The translations under genes were made by a program, and so were the position numbers. The notes beneath the pieces were generated by a model. That model ran no database searches, was not told the DNA's origin, and worked only from the letters and a program-made list of their open reading frames with translations. Positions 16,859 through 20,000 of a stretch of 20,000 bases of DNA are shown here, piece by piece. The stretch is taken from the IMG/VR virus record IMGVR_UViG_3300047157_000144. One strand, given 5' to 3'. The stretch is from an uncultured virus (IMG/VR IMGVR_UViG_3300047157_000144) (Duplodnaviria > Heunggongvirae > Uroviricota > Caudoviricetes). How positions within the stretch are numbered: position 1 is the first letter of the stretch; every line of letters starts with the position of its first letter.

Positions 16859-16894
16859 ATTATCATTATTCAATCGTAGCTAAGACGTATAGCA
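16859..16894 (-). promoter_or_regulatory. Repeated motif copy 8 (extended subtype)
   Basis: TGCTA-TACGT-CTTAGC-TACGA-N9-GATAAT. Confidence 0.75.
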
Positions 16895-16940
16895 AAATTA
16901 TGAACGCCACTCCTGGGAGCAGAAAGATCAGAGCTTCCAT
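16866..16940 (-). CDS. Putative 24-aa hydrophobic membrane peptide
   Basis: MEALIFLLPGVAFIILLYVLATIE; TAATG-coupled to the upstream stop. Confidence 0.45.
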   Translation of the reverse strand: MEALIFLLPGVAFIILLYVLATIE

Positions 16941-17137
16941 TATACGTCAGCTTTTAAACCTTCCCACTTGCTGTGTGAGTAGTACTTGTTATTATTGTGA
17001 TATGTCCACAGTGCGCTTCTGCTATAGCTTGGTTTAGTACTGGATTTCATTCTGTCCGTAGTTCCGAACGTGATCCTCTTGTTAGTCCACGTATTCTGTA
17101 GTTTTACTTTCTTGCGTAATTTTTCTAGTTTAGTCAT
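16940..17137 (-). CDS. Basic hypothetical protein (65 aa from MTKLEKLRKK)
   Basis: ORF track; the longer start runs through the tRNA-like element. Confidence 0.65.
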   Translation of the reverse strand: MTKLEKLRKKVKLQNTWTNKRITFGTTDRMKSSTKPSYSRSALWTYHNNNKYYSHSKWEGLKADV

Positions 17138-17155
17138 AATAATTGTTTTTAAGAT

Positions 17156-17206
17156 TAGAACGCGTGGCGGGAGTCGAACCCGCACCTTAGTACCGTAGCA
17201 CGCGCT
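17156..17206 (-). ncRNA. tRNA-like minihelix (acceptor stem + T-arm, no D stem or anticodon arm)
   Basis: GCGCGTG-[CTACGGTACTAAGGT]-GCGGG-TTCGACT-CCCGC-CACGCGT-T-CTA. Confidence 0.7.
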
Positions 17207-17229
17207 GTTGTTCATGAACCGAACTTTAA

Positions 17230-17454
17230 TTAATCAACATAGTCAAAGTCAAATTCTTGTTTGTAATAAAGATTATTTATTTTTACAAAGTTTGGTAAGA
17301 ATGAAGTTGTATGAAATTTATTAGATAAGTTAAGTAATTTTTGAGTTTTATTATTTAATTTAGTAAGAATTTCAAGTTGAATTATTTGTTTATTTTTTGA
17401 TAAAGTTGAAATTGTATAAGTTTGTTTTGATTTATTATATTTAATTTTTTGCAT
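17230..17454 (-). CDS. Hypothetical protein (74 aa)
   Basis: ORF track; downstream of the motif copy at 17481. Confidence 0.65.
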   Translation of the reverse strand: MQKIKYNKSKQTYTISTLSKNKQIIQLEILTKLNNKTQKLLNLSNKFHTTSFLPNFVKINNLYYKQEFDFDYVD

Positions 17455-17480
17455 TGTAATTATTTTTAAAGTTCATATAT

Positions 17481-17516
17481 ATTATCTAAATGACATCGTA
17501 TTAAAGACGTATAGCA
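17481..17516 (-). promoter_or_regulatory. Repeated motif copy 9 (extended subtype)
   Basis: TGCTA-TACGT-CTTTAA-TACGA-N9-GATAAT. Confidence 0.75.
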
Positions 17517-17586
17517 AATAGGATCCGGGGTTATTTGGAGAGCGTTGAGCTGGTGTTGCTCCGCTCCCACGGTCCCCGTCCCGACC

Positions 17587-17661
17587 CTACTCGTCCGACC
17601 CGTACAAGTGGTCATCACCGTAAGTCATGTCAATCAGTGCATCAATATCGTGTTCTTCCAT
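17587..17661 (-). CDS. Putative 24-aa acidic peptide
   Basis: MEEHDIDALIDMTYGDDHLYGSDE; AT-rich leader, preceded by a degenerate motif copy at 17689-17720. Confidence 0.45.
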   Translation of the reverse strand: MEEHDIDALIDMTYGDDHLYGSDE

Positions 17662-17694
17662 AGTATAGTATTAGTGTTATACGGTAATATTATC

Positions 17695-17945
17695 ACGACC
17701 AGACCGTGCACCACGGCGTACAGACCAGACCAGACCCACGATCACACGAAGCCAGCAACGGCAATGCACCGGAGACACACAACACACAGCAACACACGAC
17801 CAGGACCAGACACACGACAGCGTGAAACACGCAACACACAGCAGCAACACCAAACAAACACAGTAACACACGGCACTAACACACACAGCAAAAGGCAAAA
17901 CATCTGGGCAAAACCAGGGTAAACAGGGCCCCGTAGGGGTAAAAA
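17695..17945. repeat. T-depleted AC-rich low-complexity tract at the strand switch
   Basis: Only 4 T in 17761-17900; ACACACAGCA at 17782, 17834 and 17881; GACCA repeats. Confidence 0.75.
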
Positions 17946-18012
17946 AAGTCGTTCCGGTATGAGGCGGTGTCACGTAAAATGTATATATAACATTTCAGTT
18001 CTATACATCTTA

Positions 18013-18059
18013 TACGACATTAGCTTATATAATATATTAAATAGGAATCTATTGTCATA
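18013..18059. repeat. Long-spacer imperfect inverted repeat, copy B
   Basis: TACGACATTAG-N25(AT-rich)-CTATTGTCATA. Confidence 0.6.
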
Positions 18060-18093
18060 TTAAAAAAAAATTTTACGGCGTAATTAATATATT

Positions 18094-18324
18094 ATGAAAC
18101 AGAAACTTAGTAAGAAGGCCTTGCTCGCTAAACGCAAGAGAGATCTAGCTTATGCTCTAACTCCTAGAAGAAGAAAAATGAAAGCGGAGAACCAAAGAAA
18201 GAGGAGAGCAGCGATTAAAGCAGGTAAGAATATTAAGGGTAAAGATTACGATCATAACACTAAACGTTTCATATCTGTAAAAAAGAACAGATCAAAAACA
18301 AAGACGACAAACAACACGATGTAA
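18094..18324 (+). CDS. Small very basic protein, possible minimal HNH-like motif
   Basis: K/R-rich; GKDYDH...KKNRS. Confidence 0.65.
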   Translation: MKQKLSKKALLAKRKRDLAYALTPRRRKMKAENQRKRRAAIKAGKNIKGKDYDHNTKRFISVKKNRSKTKTTNNTM

Positions 18325-18354
18325 GTCTTTATAGTAATATATAAATTTAATTAA

Positions 18355-19917
18355 ATGGAATTCAATAACCCAAGTGAGATAGTAAAGAACCTGTCATTCG
18401 GAACGGATGCAAGGGAAAAAATAATGAAAGGTGTCCTCAAACTGACGGATGCTGTAGAATCAACTTTAGGTGCATCGGGAAAATGTGTCATATATGAAGA
18501 TGCGTTAGGTAAACCTGTAATCACCAAAGATGGTGTAACTGTTGCAAACTCTGTTGTACTATTAGATCCCGTGGAAAACATAGGGGCTACGCTTATTAAA
18601 GAAGCAGCACAGAAAACAGTAAAAGAAGCTGGAGATGGAACCACTACCTCGACTGTCCTAGCTTCAGCCATCTTAAAAGAATGTGACAAGCATGCTGATG
18701 TAGATTTAAGATACATTAAACAAGGTATAGCGAAGTCAAAGAGTAAGATACTAGACTATTTAGAGAAAATAAAAATAGAGGTATCAGATGAAATGTTAAA
18801 CAGCGTCGCAGCGATCTCTGCAAATAACGACACCGATCTTGGAGATATAATAGCTGACGCTTATAAAAAAGTCGGTAAAGATGGTGTTGTACTGATGGAG
18901 GAATCTGACGACGAGACCACGTACGTTGAAATCGTAGATGGAGTACAATTCGATTCAGGACTCAAATCGCAGCACCTTATTACTGACAAAGAAAAGAGTA
19001 AAGCTGAACTTGATAATCCATATGTGCTTATAGTAGCCTCAGAGGTACCGAATGTAAGAAAGATACAAGCAATACTAGAACACGTTATAAAAGAGAAGAG
19101 GAGTCTGCTTATAGTAGCGCAGCTCGATCAGCAACCTTTATCTGCTCTTATAATGAATAAAGTAAAGGGTAACATTAAAGTGAATGTAGTGGATGTGCCC
19201 GGGTTTGGCGCGACCAAGCAAGATACGATAGAAGATTTAGCGACAATAACCGGAGCAAAAATAATTTCCGAAGATCTCGGAGATGATATGGATTTAATAG
19301 ATCCTAGTTGTTTAGGTGAAGCAATAAAGTCGGTTACAGATGATAACAATACAGTCATCACTATAAAAAAAATGCCGCAAGCGGCATATGATAGAATCGA
19401 TGCAGTTAAAAAGAAGATCGCAGAGGAAAAGAACGGGTTTATTAAAAAGAAGCTTGAACAACGACTCGCAATGTTATCAGGAGCTGTTGGTGTTATAAAA
19501 GTTGGTGCTAATAGTAAAGTAGAGCTAAAGGAAAAGAAAGACAGGGTGGAAGATGCAATATATGCGACAAAAGCAGCCCTAAGAGAAGGAATAGTTCCCG
19601 GAGCTGGTATAGCGCTCCATAACGCAGCCGATACGGTAAAGACAGATGTTGTTACTGAAAGAATATTATTAGACGCTGTAAAAGCTCCATATAAGACCAT
19701 ACTGGCAAATGCTCATATAGCGTACGGACCAAATATGAAAGAAGGCCACGGGGTAAACGTTGTAACAGGTAAAACTGTTAACCTAATTAAAGAAGGTATT
19801 ATAGATCCAGTGTTAGTTACTAAAACAGCATTAATAAATGCAATAAGTGTAGCAACAACTATATTATCAGCAGATTGTGTAATTTCAAATATAAGAATAA
19901 ATGAAAGCGGTAAATAA
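18355..19917 (+). CDS. groEL: Chaperonin GroEL (phage-encoded)
   Basis: ITKDGVTVA, AGDGTTT, DGVQFDSG, KKDRVEDA, GIVPGAG, GIIDPVLVTK; no GGM tail. Confidence 0.96.
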   Translation: MEFNNPSEIVKNLSFGTDAREKIMKGVLKLTDAVESTLGASGKCVIYEDALGKPVITKDGVTVANSVVLLDPVENIGATLIKEAAQKTVKEAGDGTTTSTVLASAILKECDKHADVDLRYIKQGIAKSKSKILDYLEKIKIEVSDEMLNSVAAISANNDTDLGDIIADAYKKVGKDGVVLMEESDDETTYVEIVDGVQFDSGLKSQHLITDKEKSKAELDNPYVLIVASEVPNVRKIQAILEHVIKEKRSLLIVAQLDQQPLSALIMNKVKGNIKVNVVDVPGFGATKQDTIEDLATITGAKIISEDLGDDMDLIDPSCLGEAIKSVTDDNNTVITIKKMPQAAYDRIDAVKKKIAEEKNGFIKKKLEQRLAMLSGAVGVIKVGANSKVELKEKKDRVEDAIYATKAALREGIVPGAGIALHNAADTVKTDVVTERILLDAVKAPYKTILANAHIAYGPNMKEGHGVNVVTGKTVNLIKEGIIDPVLVTKTALINAISVATTILSADCVISNIRINESGK

Positions 19918-20000
19918 TTACATAATAATAAAAGGTATAAAAGAAGAAAAGAAAACCGACTCTGGTTTTATTATGAAAGATGATAAAGCTGAGTTTAGGT
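19901..20000 (+). CDS. groES: Co-chaperonin GroES, N-terminal part (runs off window)
   Basis: MKAVNNYIIIKGIKEEKKTDSGFIM resembles the GroES N-terminal strand and mobile loop; overlaps the groEL stop. Confidence 0.75.
   Translation, partial: MKAVNNYIIIKGIKEEKKTDSGFIMKDDKAEFR

Noticed and set aside
17156..17206. Calling the element a functional decoding tRNA or tmRNA
   Set aside because: No anticodon arm and no tag-reading-frame domain between the helices
17928..17947. CCCC-GTA-GGGG hairpin as an intrinsic terminator
   Set aside because: No U-tract 3' of the hairpin on either strand
17545..17973. ORFs 17545..17922(+) and 17677..17973(-)
   Set aside because: Open only because the tract lacks T on one strand; the products are low-complexity T/H/R or C/V-rich sequence

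Overview
AT-rich dsDNA bacteriophage segment, most likely a lytic phage of marine Bacteroidota/Flavobacteria (inferred from gene content and AT-rich, mostly SD-less leaders). Positions 1-17.7 kb are transcribed on the minus strand. From right to left they hold an early/accessory block of many tiny ORFs, a KTSC gene, a structured RNA and an initiator tRNA, a pyrimidine-dimer-glycosylase-like gene, an HTH protein and a phage sigma factor. They continue with ERF/exonuclease/SSB, a T7 gp4/Twinkle-like primase-helicase, ThyA, a MazG-like fusion, an endonuclease I-like resolvase and class I RNR (nrdB, partial nrdA). After a T-depleted AC-rich tract (~17.7-17.95 kb) transcription switches to the plus strand, with a small basic protein, GroEL and the start of GroES. 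The main non-coding signals are four. (1) A fixed-spacing 31-bp motif TACGT-N6-TACGA-N9-GATAAT occurs in 9 canonical and 3 variant copies, heads transcription units and often supplies the stop codon of the upstream gene. (2) A ~170-nt structured RNA lies between KTSC and tRNA-fMet. (3) An armless tRNA mimic retains only the acceptor stem and T-arm. (4) A long-spacer inverted-repeat element occurs twice.
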